Assembly (NCBI GenBank): GCA_025594325.1
Contig: JANHCV010000006.1
Span: 62,001 to 126,000 of the forward strand
Direction of reading: 5' to 3'
DNA: 64,000 bases
Source of the DNA: Blastocladiella emersonii ATCC 22665
Taxonomy: Eukaryota > Fungi > Blastocladiomycota
A program made the position numbers and the translations under genes. The number at the start of each line of letters is the position of its first letter. The first letter of the stretch is position 1. Positions 11,218 to 24,401 of the stretch are shown here, piece by piece. The notes under the pieces are model-generated. The model made no database searches. It was not told the origin of the DNA and was given only the letters and a program-made list of their open reading frames with translations.

Positions 11218-12262
11218 GTGTGTGTGCTGCGCACACACTTGGGTCTCAGCTGTAGCTTTAGTCTGCCGTGTCAATGATGAGAACAGCAGCGCAGGTACAA
11301 TGCGCGCAGTAGGCACGCGTCCATGGCCAACTCCCCCACGGCCATGAGCATTGTGGCCGCGGAAAATCACGTTATTCGGTTGAGCAAGCACTCAAAGCCG
11401 TGGCTCATGGTTGGAACTGAAGCTGGACTCAAACAAGTCGCGCTGGCTGCCTGATAGTCTGTGCCAGTTAAGTAAACCGAGTTAACAAAGTTGAGGAGCG
11501 GGAGAAGCCCTCGTGACCAAGGTCGCAGCCGCCCACGCCGCCTTGTTCCTGAGCGCGGATTGTCCGCAGCCTTGCTGGAGAGAACGTTCGCCCAAGCACC
11601 TGCTCATGGTCCCGGTCCATGAGAAGCAGTCTAAGAACCAGTCGACCTCACGCACCTGTACCAGCCGTGTGCTTTCTGTGTTGCGGTTCGTAAGCTTGCG
11701 ATCCACCTCGCCGAACTGGTACGAGGCTTCATTGGCGGCACCCTTTGCAAACAAAGAAGCCACTGACAAGAAGGCCAAGGCCAGGTCCGCGGCAGCGACG
11801 GTCGCTGGGTTGCTGATTGGCGGGTGAAGGATCAAGCGCGGTGTGTTGCAGTGGGCGGGAAGGTTAATAAAAACTTGGATAATTTGGACAACGCCATGAA
11901 GCGCCGCAGTGTATGATTTGGGCACCGCCAACCTCAATATTGGTCGTGTACACATTGCAGCTGAGCTCCTTGTTGAGCGCGGCAAAGCCCGTGAGGATGA
12001 TGAGCTGGGCGTCACCCTGACTCGCGTTCTTGAGGCACCACCGCTAGAGCCACTGAAGGTGGCGTGTGGTGGGTGATGGAGGAAACCACGCAGAACCGTA
12101 GGTGATGGATAAGCCACTTCACGTGATATTCGTAGACTAATAAAACCAAAACAAACGACCCGGTCTGAACCCCGCCTCAAGCGGCATGCCCAACCGGATG
12201 AGAGAAACAAAGGGAGAGGAGACGCGGCTGCAGCTGCGTGGGTGGGCCCGGTCTGTGTGGTT

Positions 12263-12338
12263 TCCATCACCACACGCCACCTTCAGTGGCTCTAGCGGTG
12301 GTGCCTCAAGAAACCACGCAGAACCGTAGGTGATGGAT
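12263..12338 (+). repeat. Mirror copy of the DIRS ICR
   Basis: Palindrome mirror. Confidence 0.9.
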
Positions 12339-12531
12339 TTTTTGTGCCGTAGCCACAACCCCAAGCACGCAGGCGCTGTGGACGCGGCGCGTGGCAGCAG
12401 TCCCACTTGGCCGCGGAGCGCGATCTTGACCATGGTGCGGGACGGGCGGCAGAGGACGAGGAACAGGTGCACTGCGAGTGCGAGGAGCTGGAGCACGCGG
12501 CGGGCCAAGGAAGGACGCGTTTTGGGCGAGC

Positions 12532-14514
12532 TCAGCTGCTCGAGTCGCGCCACGCATCGTGTTGTAGCCGCCAGACAAAGACACCCAATGCTGACAGATG
12601 AACACGGTGCGTAGTCGGCGACTCCCGCAGCACCGCGCTGGAAGGCAGGTGCAGCGGCTTGGCCGTCGCGAGCGGGAGCAGCGCCAGGTACCACGGCTGC
12701 GACTGCCACGCCGGCGTGACGAGGATCAGATCGCAAATCCGCGCCGATCGCACCCGTTGGGCGACCCGCGCGATCTGGTTCGGCGGCGGAAACGCGTACG
12801 CGCCCGTCCTTGGCCACTGGAACTTGAACGCGTCGGTGCCCAGTGCTTGCGGATCCGGCTGCAGCGAGTAGTAGGCCGGGAGCTGCGTGTTGACTTGGTT
12901 GGCGAACAGGTCGACTGTCGGGCTCGCGCGCAGCGCCGCCATGGCGCGCTTGAACGCCGCCAACGTCAGCGAGTACCGGTGCCGATTGACGAGGACCCGG
13001 CTCGCGCAGTCCGCCGCCACGTTCTCGACGCCCTTGATGAACAACGCCGTCAGGTGGATGTTGTACTCGAGCAGGAGCGACCACAGCTCCTTGGCCAGCG
13101 CCAGCAGCTTGGGCGACGCCGTGCCGCCCTGCTTGTTGACCATGGCGATCGCTGTCGTGTTGTTGGACCGGAGCTGCACCGCCCGACCCAACCACTCGCG
13201 GCACTTGATCTTGACGGCGAACAGGATCGTCTTGAGCTCGCGGTAGTTGCTCGACTGCGCCGCCTCCCACGGCGACCACGACCCCTGCGTTGTGCCGTCT
13301 GAGAAAACGATCCCCCAGCCCGTCTGGCTGGCGTCTGTTGTGGTCGTGAACTCGATGGCCGCGGTTGGCGGGATGAACAAACGACCGTTCCAGCGACGAA
13401 CGTTGGTCACCCACCACGTCAGCTCCTTGCGGGCGCTCGGCGAGATTGGAATCGTCGCCGCCCACGACGACGTGCGCGCGAGGCCAAATGACAGGCAGCG
13501 CTGGAGCCACCGCTGCTGGATCAGCGCTGGCCGGAACCCCTGCGCCGTTGAGTTGAGCATGCCAAGGACCGCTGCCAGCCGGCGCGCTGAGCACCGACCC
13601 GCCGCAAGCAGCGAGCGGCACTCGCGCTCGATCTTGCGGACCTTCTCCTTGGGGAGCGACAGCGTCATGTTGGTCGTGTTGATCTTGAACCCGAGGAACG
13701 TCTGGACGCGGGCGGGGACGAGACACGACTTGGTCAGGTTCAGGGTGTAGCCCAGGGCCAGCAGCTGGCGAGCAAGAGCGGCGAGAGTCGCGCGCACCTG
13801 CTCGGGTGTCTCGCCAATCACCAGAATGTCGTCGATGTACTGGACGAACTTGTGCCCCGCCGCGCGCAACGGCTGGAGCGCGCCCTGGATCACCTTGGTG
13901 AACAGGCGCGGCGCCAACCCAAGACCAAACGGGAGGACGCGCCAGCGCCACGTCCGACCGGCCCAGTTGAAGGCCAGGAAGTCGCGGTGCGCGGGGTGCA
14001 CTGGCACACTGTGGTACGCCGACTTGAGGTCGAGCTTGGCCAGGTAGCATCCCCTGGACAGCATCGGCGTCGCCACCGCGAGCGACTCCATCTTGAACGA
14101 GTTGCGCGTCAGGTGCTCAGACAGCTCCAACATGTCAAAGCAGAGCCGGTCCTTGTTGGGCTAGCGGACAAGGAACGGCGACAACAGGTACCGCGGACGC
14201 GGGCACGGCTCCACTGCCCCCGTCGCGATGAGCTCGTCGATCTGCAGCGTGATCTTGGCCAGGTCCTTGTCCGAGTGGCGGAACTCGCGCATCGGCGCCG
14301 CCGAACGATCCGGCGGCGGCGTCATGAACGACAGGCGGACGCCCTTGGTCGCCATCTTGCGCGCCTCGACGTTGGTCGTCCTCGAGGCCCACTGGTCCGC
14401 CCTCATGGACGTGTTGACCACCTCGAGCGGGAAACGCGTGCCCTTGGCGAGCGTCGACAGGAAGATCTCGTCCTCGGAGCTGGCCGCCGGCGCGACTGTT
14501 GCAACGGCCGCTAG
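12532..14514 (-). pseudogene. DIRS pol RT/RNase H/methylase (mirror copy)
   Basis: Palindrome mirror, same stop codon. Confidence 0.9.
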
Positions 14515-15555
14515 TTGAGCTTTGGGTTGGACTGCGGCTGCTGTTGAGGCTGCTGCTGTTGAGGCCGCTGCTGTTGAGGTTGCTGGTACTGCTGCTGGTA
14601 CTGCTGGTGGCCGCGGAAGCCACCGCGACCCCAGCCGCGCCCCTGCGCGGCTGGGGCGCCTTGGGAAGATGCGGCGCCGCCACGACCACTGCCGTCGCCG
14701 CCCGAGGCGTTTCCCGCCCTGTTGGCGAGCTTGATGATAGCGTTGGTAGACTGGACCGTGCGAGCGGCGTCGAAGGTGCGCTCGACATTGGGACCAAAGA
14801 GGAACCGGTCACCGTCGCTGGGGACCGAGCGGACGAACTCGGCGACCGCCGCCGGGAAGCGGGCGCCAGCGGCCACGTTGTCGCGACGCGCAGCTTTGAG
14901 AAGGCCGAAATGGTGCCGGTTGTGCGCGAGCTGGTCGCGCGCTGCATTGTGCATGGCCCAGAGGGTCGCGACGAGACGAGGGGGATGCAGGTACGTCTCG
15001 ATGAGCTGCTGGCCTGCCCCGTCAAGGACGGGCTGGCCGTTGGCGTCGAACATGGGCTTGGGCGGGTAGACGAAGCCGGCGAGGTCGTCCGGACCGAGCG
15101 CGTCACCGGCGGCGTCGCCATAGCAGCGGCGGAAGCCGTCTGGATCGACGCGGCGTAGAAGCTCTTGAGCGTAGTGCAGCTGCTGTAGCGCGACGCGAGC
15201 ACTGAGGTTGAGCTTGGACTGGTAGTCGCGCAGGCGCTTCTCGACCACAGCATGGGTCCAGCCGGTACCGGAAGCGCCCTCAAAGCCAACGCGGGCAAAG
15301 ACGTCGATCTCGGACAGCGAGTTGAAGAGGGGATGATCAGGCGCAGGGTACTGCTGGCCGAACCCGTGGTTCTGGAGGCGGCCACCCGCGCGGTTGTCGA
15401 TGAAGGAGTCCAGAAGCGGCTGCGTGAGGGCATGACCGCCACGGGCGCGCTCGTACCAGCTGGCGAGAGCCCTGCCGCGTGGAGGGTCCGCGCGGTGCAA
15501 GGGCGCCAGTGGGGAGGACGCATGAGGATCAGCTTCTGCTTGTTGTTGTTCATGT

Positions 15556-15590
<35 letters not shown>

Positions 15591-15668
15591 CCCGAGCTGC
15601 TGGCAGAGTACAGCGACTTCCTGCTGGAGGCCGAGGAACGCCTGGCCCAGGACTGCTGCATCGTCCAT
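14511..15668 (-). CDS. DIRS ORF1 gag-like protein (mirror copy)
   Basis: Palindrome mirror. Confidence 0.7.
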
Positions 15669-16775
15669 GAAAGAGTAGTGTGTGTAGAGCAGATTGCGTG
15701 GAGTTACAGGGCGACAGCGTCGCCGTGGACCAAATCAGTTGCCGGTCGGGCGTGACGTGAAGAGGCGGGGTTCAGACCAGGTCGTTTGTTTTGGTTTTAT
15801 TAGTCTACGAATATCACGTGAAGTGGCTTATCCATCACCTACGGTTCTGCGTGGTTTCTGGGCGATGGCTATCGAGCGGAACGCAACAAGCGTCGCCGTG
15901 AGTATCTTTTGCACGCGGCCGACGTCTGACCAGCGATCAGGACCGAGCCCAAGATGATCTCGACGCAGGGCCCGTCCTTGATGTCCATCGCGTCAACGAC
16001 GTACATGTGCGCCTCGCCCTTAACCTTATCAACGACGCGTTGGAGCGAGACAGAATTGTGTCGTGCAGGTCGACCCGCACGACGTAGTACGCGGTGTCGA
16101 GTACAATTTGCGGCTGACTACTTTCAGTGCGATACAGCGGGCGCGTACACGCCTGACGCTGCTGACCCTTCTTTCTTATCGCCGGGCTAGGCTCAGTTAG
16201 CGGGCGCGATCCAGCCGTGGTTGTGGACCCCGGTGTTGTACTCTGTCTGTTTTGGGGTCGCGTTGCACCGCTCTCGCCTTGCTGCGTGCATGTTGAGCTT
16301 TCTCCAGTCAATGTGTACGTCACGTCATCGCTACCCCTCAGTAATCACTTTGTAGACGGTACCCATCGCCAAGAATGAAATCATTTCCTTGCAAACGACA
16401 ACCGAGATCTATGACCTTGAACTACCTCGGTAATCGGGCGATTCACAAACTTTCAATTTTTTTGCGCTTCAAGAAAAAGAAAAAGACGGATCAAAGCGCG
16501 ACAGTTCGGGCGGCCAGATTGAAGTCAGTTTGGGGAAACAGCGGGAATAGAGGACCTATATTTTGCGCCGGCTGCTTCATAATGATTTTTTGCGCGACCT
16601 TGATGCTGCGCTGATTGTTGTTCTTCGAAAGCAGTCGTAACGGTTGGCAACGGAGCTGCAGGCGGGGTCGGAGAGCGGTGGCTCAGCGGGTGGCTCAGCG
16701 GGTGGCGCAGCAGTGGGAGACACCAGCGACTGACCGCTCCACTGTCGCTGCGACTTGCCGCGCACTCAAAGACGT

Positions 16776-18194
16776 TCAAGTAGGTCGCCGCATCAAATAA
16801 GCAGTGTCAGAATTTTTATTACACCGGGCTGAGGCCAATGCGGGGAGTCGGGGACTTGGAATGAGAGCTAGACCAAGAGAGTTGGGGTCGGGGGCCAGAA
16901 CTGCAGACAAAGCTTGGTTCACGTGCAGGTTGATGTCTCTGATAGGTTTCAATTGCTCAAACAGAAACTCAGCTTCGCTAAAGCTACAGCTGAGAACAAT
17001 GTCATGCCTGCAAACTCGCGCCAAACCACCAGCCAACTGACCACCCAACCAACACGTTGTTGCGTATGTGCACGACTCACGCGCAGTCGACGCGCTCCCT
17101 TCTCCAGTCGATCAGATCAGGAGCTCTCAAGGAGATTGATTGATTGCAGCGGAAAACCAGCAGTAGCATTAACAGGAGCAGCAGTGGGTTCCGATCCGCC
17201 GAGCGTGAAGGTAACGTTGTCACGTCGCTCAACGTGGATCTGCAGTTCAGCGGAGGGAAAGTGTTTTCTCCTTCGCCTCTACCTCATCCTGCAGGTCGCG
17301 GAACCGAACGGAACATCTCACACGAATCACCCAAGAAAAGGACCCGGCTTACAAGCTGATCCAAGCTGAGGCGGTCGCAAGTGTACTGCCAGCCAGTATC
17401 ATCGTTTTTGCCAACTTCAACGTGCTCGCATTGTAGCACGAAGCCATCCCGGACGGCGGCACGAGGTACTTGTAGTGCTGAGACTTGCTGGTACTCACGT
17501 CCATAAGCGCGAGGAAAGGAATGCGCCAGGCGGGCTGACCCGCAAACGACCGTCTGCAACGGAAGAGACGGACTCTCTCGCCAAGCTGGTCGAAGGGCTC
17601 GCAGTCGCCTTTGTCCGATTTGGGAAAACACAATACGTTGAGGCATACGCCCCCGATATCGTTTCAAGACGGAATACCAGCCGCGACCGGGTTGGAGAAC
17701 CGGGCAAGTAGCGGCAAAAAGGCCTCATTCATGTGTATATCCACGGCCGCCTGCACACAGGCGCTGCGTACCTGGTTCAACATTTGCGAGTTGTGCCTGA
17801 GGAAACAAGACACATATCCGTGGAGTTCGTTGGAGCGTGATGGACTGGCGATCCTTGGAGGGCGAATTCCAACGGACCGTTGGCGCAATGCACAGCTTCA
17901 AGTGCTGGCGTGTAAACTGCATACCAAGGCTTGCTAAGCAACGCAAAAAGAATAGCTTGCAGACTTCCACCGCGAGACGGCAAGGTAGAAGAGGGCCGCA
18001 ATCAGCAAACCAGACTGGGCCGGGCCAGGAAGGCAGTGACTGCACGCGTCAAGGAGCTGATGGCATACGAAAGCGATTAGGTCGAGAACTGAGAACTTGA
18101 CACAATAGATTCCGTCCATCCGCAGACAACGACCGTTCCAGATCTTGGGGTAAATTTGACGGCCCCCAAGTCGCCAAGGCGAATACAGCGACAC
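16776..18194 (-). pseudogene. Mirror copy of the possible decayed ORF at 993-2411
   Basis: Palindrome mirror. Confidence 0.3.
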
Positions 18195-20218
18195 AGGTGC
18201 AAAGCGAGTTCAAGCAACAGCGGAACCGGTGGTGGAGCGAGCCTGTAGTTCCACATAAAAATACAGTAAGATCCGGGTTCTGCGCCAAAAGTTGGGTTGA
18301 CGTCCGGGAGGACGAGGCGCGACAGGGAGTTCTTGAGCGGGGCGCGGATGTAGCGGGGAGTGCGGGTGGGATGCGCAAGAAACCGGCCAGCTATGATGAA
18401 AAACCACGAGCGCCGAGTGATACTTCCACCTCAGGCCGTGGCGTGAACAAAAGTTGAAGCGGACGCGCTTGGGAACCGCGGCTCGGCCAGCTGCAGGGCG
18501 GCGTTCACACTTCTACCTGCGGTAAGCCGAGCCAAGCGAGCTCGATGTTACCCGAGCTGTATTCATGAGATTGCATCAAGTCCATGGGTAGGGTTTCGAG
18601 CGTGGTGTGTTCGAACAGGGGATGGAGAGAGGGCAGGAGAGAGGGGCAGGCAGATCTGGCGCCCTCTGGCACGCGATTGCGCAACGCGTCTCGCACCGCC
18701 GCGACAGCTCGCTCGAGGAGGCGGCCTGGAGGGCGGCCATGCACGAGAAGGCCGAGGTCGAAAGAAACCTGCGCCCGCCAGCTTTATCGCTATCATACGA
18801 CCTTGTGCTCGCTCACAGAGTCAATCGCGTCCGACGTAGTCCTATCGAGTAGACGTCAGCTTAGCATAATCCCTGGCTGCATTTCGGAGCGAATGAATCG
18901 CGCGCTGGTCGTTCATGACCACGGCGGGCGACGACCCGAACTTGATGATGATGTCGACGTTGCTTGCAGCCGCCTTGTCGAGCGGAGCCGCAGTGTGAAG
19001 GCCCATAGAGAGAAGCCCAGCGACGTTGACGCCTTGATGGGCGAAGGCGGCCAAACAGCAGGCCGAGTTGGCGGGGACAGGCGCCAGGCTCGATGAGGCC
19101 GACCACGACGCGGCCCTCAACCTGCGTGGCGGCGGGCTCAGCCTGTTGCTGGTGCAAAACGGCCGTAGTTTGAGTCGATGATGGCGGGCGACGACTTGGC
19201 TGCACGATCGTCCTGCAAGTCGTCGATCTTGGCGGTGGAACTCTCCGGGGCTCTCTGAAATGCTACACGACACAAACAGCGGTCAGTTTGTGCGCGCGGA
19301 TGGCAGTCAGTCAATCTTGACCAAAAATGCGTACCTCACACGGTCTTGACACGATTCTGCTTCTCGGCCTTGACGGCCTGGTCCGAGTCGTGCAGCTCGA
19401 ACGTCAATACAAGGGCCTTGGTGATGGCGGTGACGGGTACGGCGCAGGTTGGCGCGCGCTTGGTGGCGGAGGCGGGGACGGTTCTCAAGGTCACGGCCTA
19501 GGCGAGCTGTTCAGTCGATGCAGCGGAGAATGCGGCGAGGATCCCTAAGTCGATGATGACGAGCAATCCAAAGAGCTCGACAGACGCCGGGAACGATGGC
19601 GGGCGAGGGCGACGCGACGCAGAGTTGGTCACCTCGGCCTCGGCAATGGCGCGCGGATCGGTTGAGCCGACTCGACGACGACGTTGCGCTTGACGGCAGC
19701 GTTGGCATTACCAAAAGTCGACGCATCGAGGTTAGAAGCGTTTCATGGGACGAGCGAGCGAATCGGGGCCAGCAGAGGGAGAAAAAGCGGGCGGCGTGAT
19801 CTTGCTGCGCCACCACCACCGCTCCACCACCGCTCGCGTCAGCGAAACGCTTCCCTGATCATCACGAATCCGGCCTGGGCTGCTGCTGCTGCTTGATTGC
19901 AAGGCGAGAAGAAGATCAGAACCAATCGTGCTGCGGCATGTACACTATCCGATTGTGCGGCCCGGCGGGGGTGCCCGGGCTGGCGTTCACACATCGCAGT
20001 CGATGATGGGCAACGTTTGCTAGAAATCCTAGGTGGGTTTGTATTGCCAGTGTTGAGAGGGTAGTGGTGGGGGTGTAGGAGGTATTCACGCGATGATATG
20101 GGTTGATGCAAGGTCGAGGTTGGGTTTGTGGGGAGGGAAGGGACGGCGCGCGATGCACAGGGTGAGCGGGCGAGCCCCAAACGCTGCCCTACGGACGCCG
20201 CCGGATCCAGTGGTCGGA

Positions 20219-23200
20219 CTAGTCGAGAGGCAGGGGCGGAGGAAGGAAGAGCGCCAAGGCCGCCGCACGCGTTGAGGGAGATGACGAGCTTGATAGGTGC
20301 GCAGTAGGCGCCGCGCGCAGCGGACAGGGGTAGGGAGGCGGGCGGTGGCGCGGGTAGAGCGGGTGGAGTCGCGAGGAGGAGATGGGGTTGGGAGGGAGCG
20401 AGCGGCTTGACAACGACAACAAGGATCCCGATGCGGACAAGGACGCGGGCGCGGCGGGCGGGGCCCTGCGACGACAGTACGCGGCAATCTCGGCGAGAAT
20501 GTCGAGCACCACCTGCGGCGGGCCCGAGGCGGCGTCGCCGTTGCCGAAGCCCTCGCCGCCAATGTTGCCGTCGTGGTCGCGCTTGCGGTTGGGCTTGGGC
20601 TCAGCAAAGAGACCCGCGATCATGTTGGGCGCCACGGCACACAGCTTGGCGGCCATGGTGAGCCTCGGGTTGTCGTCGCAGCAGCAGCCGCGCTCGGACA
20701 GCGCCGCCGCGTGAGCGGGACCGTAGGGGCAATGGGCGAGGTAGCCGTGCCCGCCGTGATCCGTGCACGTCGCTGCCGCCCTGGCCACCACCGCTCCGAT
20801 CTGGATCAGGGTCGGCGGCGAGTATTTCTGCACGGCGAGGAGGTACATGCGGATGCCGTCCTTGATCGACAAAGTAGAAGCCGACAACAACGACGACGAC
20901 GACGACCCCAGCTGGTCCGACAGCACGCCCGAGTCGAGGACGGCGGCCCACAGCATGGCCTCGAGCGTCTGCCGCCACCCGCGCCGGTGCTGCAGCGGGC
21001 ACGGCGGGACGAGCGGGCAGCCGCCCGTGTCCTCGGCGTTGTTGGGCCCGATCGGCGCGAGATGGCGGACGGGCTCGAGGCTGATCTCGGTGGAACCGCC
21101 GCCGAACAGGACCGCGAGCATCCCCGAGACGAGGGTCTCGACCTCGCCGCTCTGCGCGATCGCCTTGACCACCGCCGTCAGCTTGTGCCCCACGGTCGGC
21201 AGCGCCATGCCGAGGGCCGCGCAGGTCAGCCGCGCGACGTACGGGTCGCGCAGCGTCGACTTGAGATGGGCGTGGAGGCGGCCGGCAGCGAGCCGGTCCT
21301 GCTCGCTCATGGACGACGTGGGACCCGCGTCGCGGATGCGCTTGCTGCTGAGCAGTAGCCGCAGCACGACGGCAATGAGGTCCCGCGGCGCAGCCCGTCG
21401 TTCTTCGGGTACGCCGGCGGCCGCGTCACCCGCGAGAATTTGGGCGAGCGACCCGAGCGGCGGGGCCTGGACCGCGGCGGCCGCCGAGTGGTCGTGTTGC
21501 TGCTTCTGTTGCCGTTTCTGCTGCTGCTGCTGCTCCTGGCAGCACGGCGCCGCTGACTGCCGGTCCGTCTGGATCTGCAGGTAGTAGTCAATGTGCGCGT
21601 CGAACCCATCAAAGAGCACGGCGCGGCACTCGTCGAGCACCTGGCCAAACTCGCAGTCGCCCTGGACCAGGTCGCGAACGCGCGCGACTGCAACGTGAAG
21701 GTGCTGCGGTCCCTTTTTCCTCGTGGAAAAGATCATGCTGCGCACGATCACTAGTAGTAGGAGAAGTAGTCGGTTTGGGGAGAGAGAGAGAGACGCGAGC
21801 GGTTAGCAGGGGCTGAGTGACGGGATCGGGATCGGGGCGGGCAGTAATAGGGGAAAGCGTACCCTCGCCGAGACTACGGAACCACTGCGCGGATGCCTTG
21901 GACTGCGTCTTCTGCTCGAGCATCAGGTCGCGGAACAGCTTGAGGTTGTCGTGCGGGACGTACGAGAAGCCAAGGGCCGCCCACGAGTGCGCGCCGAACA
22001 CCAGGTTGCGCGCGGCCGGGCGCACGTTCGAGATGACGCGCAGCAGGTCCACCTCGCCCGACAGCGCCGCGTCGAAGCGCTCGTGGTCCCACAGCGCCGC
22101 GGCCCAGTCCTGCTGCACGAGCTCGGCGAGGACCACACGGGCCTGCTGCTGCTCCTCCTCGATGACGGCCTTGGCCGTCGACGGCGATGCCGACGCCTTG
22201 GGTCTGCACGCGGAGGTCCACTCGCAGACGGGGCCGAGCACGAAAATCTCCTTGACGAGCTCCTTGAAGTTGGGGTGGGGGCGGTACGAGGGGCGGGGCA
22301 GGCTGTCGGCGGCGGCGGGTTCTTGGAACGGGTCGGCGAGGCGGGCGAAGCGGGCGAGGGCGGGCAGGTTCCGCGACGTGAGCGCGAGCACGCGGAGGAA
22401 CTGGTACCCGGTCATGGCGCCCTTGGTCGGGTCGGCTGCCCAGCACAGCTTGGCGACGGGGTGGTCGCCCAGGTTGACGAGCGCCAGCCACGCGTCCCAC
22501 GACCGCTTGACGGTGCTGAGGTACCACGAGACCACGCCGTCGGTCGCGAGCAGCAGCGCGTCGAGGAGATGGACATGGGCGGCCTTGGCGTCGGGATGAA
22601 GATCGGCCCACGCCGTGGCGCCCGTCGTGACCCCGCCGGCGGTGGCGATGGTCAGCAGGCGCAGGAGCGTCGCGAGCGCCGTGTTGGCGAGGTCCCGCAG
22701 CAGGGCGTCGTCGTCGGGCGCGGCGGCGGCGGCGGCGAGCGTGGTGCCCTCGCAGCTGCCCGAGTACGAGCGCGAGTACGAGTCCGAGTCGACCTGCATG
22801 GCCTCATCGCAGTCGGCGTCGGCGTCGGCATCGGCGGCCTTGGCGGCAGACTCGACGAAGCGCGCGAACACGGGCGACCGCACCGTGCCGATGGCCCATT
22901 TGGCGAGCCCCATGACGGCGCAGACATGGTCCTCGGGCGCCACGAGTTGCACGAGGGCGCAGCTGGCGGACTCTTGCCGATGGCGGCTCTCGCCGATCCG
23001 TCGGTCGCGGAGGTACGTGGCAGCGAGTTCGAGGGCACGCGAGGGAGAGTGCTGCGAGGACTGCGAGAACTGCGAGGACTGCGAGAACTGCGAGGACGAC
23101 GAGGACGACGAGGACGCGGCGAGCGGCGGGGAGGTAGACGACAGCGACTCGGCCGAGAGCATCACGGCGGCCGACAGGTGGTTGATGTACGCGAGAACCC

Positions 23201-23489
23201 CGAGGATCCCGCCCGATACCGGGACATGGGCCGTGTCCGTCGGCGTAGAAGAGGACGACGACGATGCGGCGGCGGGAGCGGCAGCGGCGGCAGCGGGCGG
23301 ATCAGGCACGGGGGAGAGGTCGGCCGCCGAGTCGGTACGGCCGCGGCCCTGGTTGACGCGGAGCGGCGGCGCCGAAAAGGTGGATTCTACTTCTCGGTTG
23401 CGCTGCCGCTGCCGCTTCGCGTCCTTGCGGCACTGCGCCCTGGTGCGCTTGCTGGCGGCGGGCGGATCGGCGGCGGGCGCGGCACCCAC
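20219..23489 (-). CDS. Large hypothetical protein (about 1050 aa, at least two exons)
   Basis: ORFs 21609..23489 and 20219..21751 join in frame via intron 21751-21862 (GTACGC donor, GCTAAC branch, CTAG acceptor). GC-rich coding style; no recognisable domain; 3' end uncertain. Confidence 0.65.
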
Positions 23490-24401
23490 TGCTGCTGCAT
23501 CACCGAGCGCTGCTTCTGCGAGTGCATCGGCGAGCGAGTCGTCGTCGGCAGCCGGACCAGCATTCGCCTAGAGGAACGAGCGGGTACATGGCAGTGAGCC
23601 TCCACTCGGTACGCGCACATCCCACACTGCCCACGAAGCCAACGTACCGCTTCTGCTTGCACGGCCGTCGAGGCAGCGGCACCGGCACCGGCACCAGCGC
23701 CAAAGAGCTTGGAGAAGGCCTCCGAGGTCGCGGCGAAGGCGGCCGTGACGGCGTTGGGCAGCAGCCACATCGGTCGGTCGGGGCGCCGGACGGGTGTGTT
23801 GGGCGGGCGGGCGGGCGGGCGGGCGGGCGGGCGAGCAAGTGTGTGTGTGCAAGAGTCGGTAGTAGTACAGTGCAGTGCGAGATCTCGCTTCTATCGCTGC
23901 GATGGTGAAGAGGGCGGCAGGAACCCGGTGCGGGGCGGAGACGAGTCGGCCGCCGCCACGCAGGCGTCCGCACGGCGCCGACCGCGTGGGAGCGGGCCGA
24001 TGCGTGGCGCGACTTTTGCGGGTGCCCGGCGGTGGGGGACGGTCACGCCATAGTCCCCCACCGGCGGTCAACGGGTCGGCCGTGGCGCCGCCGCCGGTCG
24101 GGGCGCGCGAGCGACTGGTCGGCCTCGCGCGGGGGCTGCGCTGCGGCTCGGGGCGCTGAGCGTCTCCTGCGATACATGTGTGTGGCTGGCGATATCGCTC
24201 TTGCAGCGGGCGAGAGAAAAGGTCGGGGTTGCGCCGCTCCGGCGAGTCGCGGCGCAGGTCGCCGAGTGGGAACGCGTGGCGCCGCCGCCTCACGTGTTTG
24301 ATCGTCGCGTCTCGCACGCCGTCTCACGCTGCGTCCTCGGCTCGGCTCAGGGTCCTCACTTCCCTCCCGCACGATGATGCAAACCGCGTTTATCTCGCTC
24401 T

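Larger units (their letters stand above)
12027..15859 (-). mobile_element. Mirror copy of the DIRS1-type retrotransposon
   Basis: Palindrome mirror of 3328-7160. Confidence 0.92.
9614..19186. repeat. Right arm of the giant inverted repeat
   Basis: Begins TACCTGCGCATGACG, the reverse complement of 9559-9573. No differences seen in mirrored ORF translations or spot checks. Confidence 0.98.
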
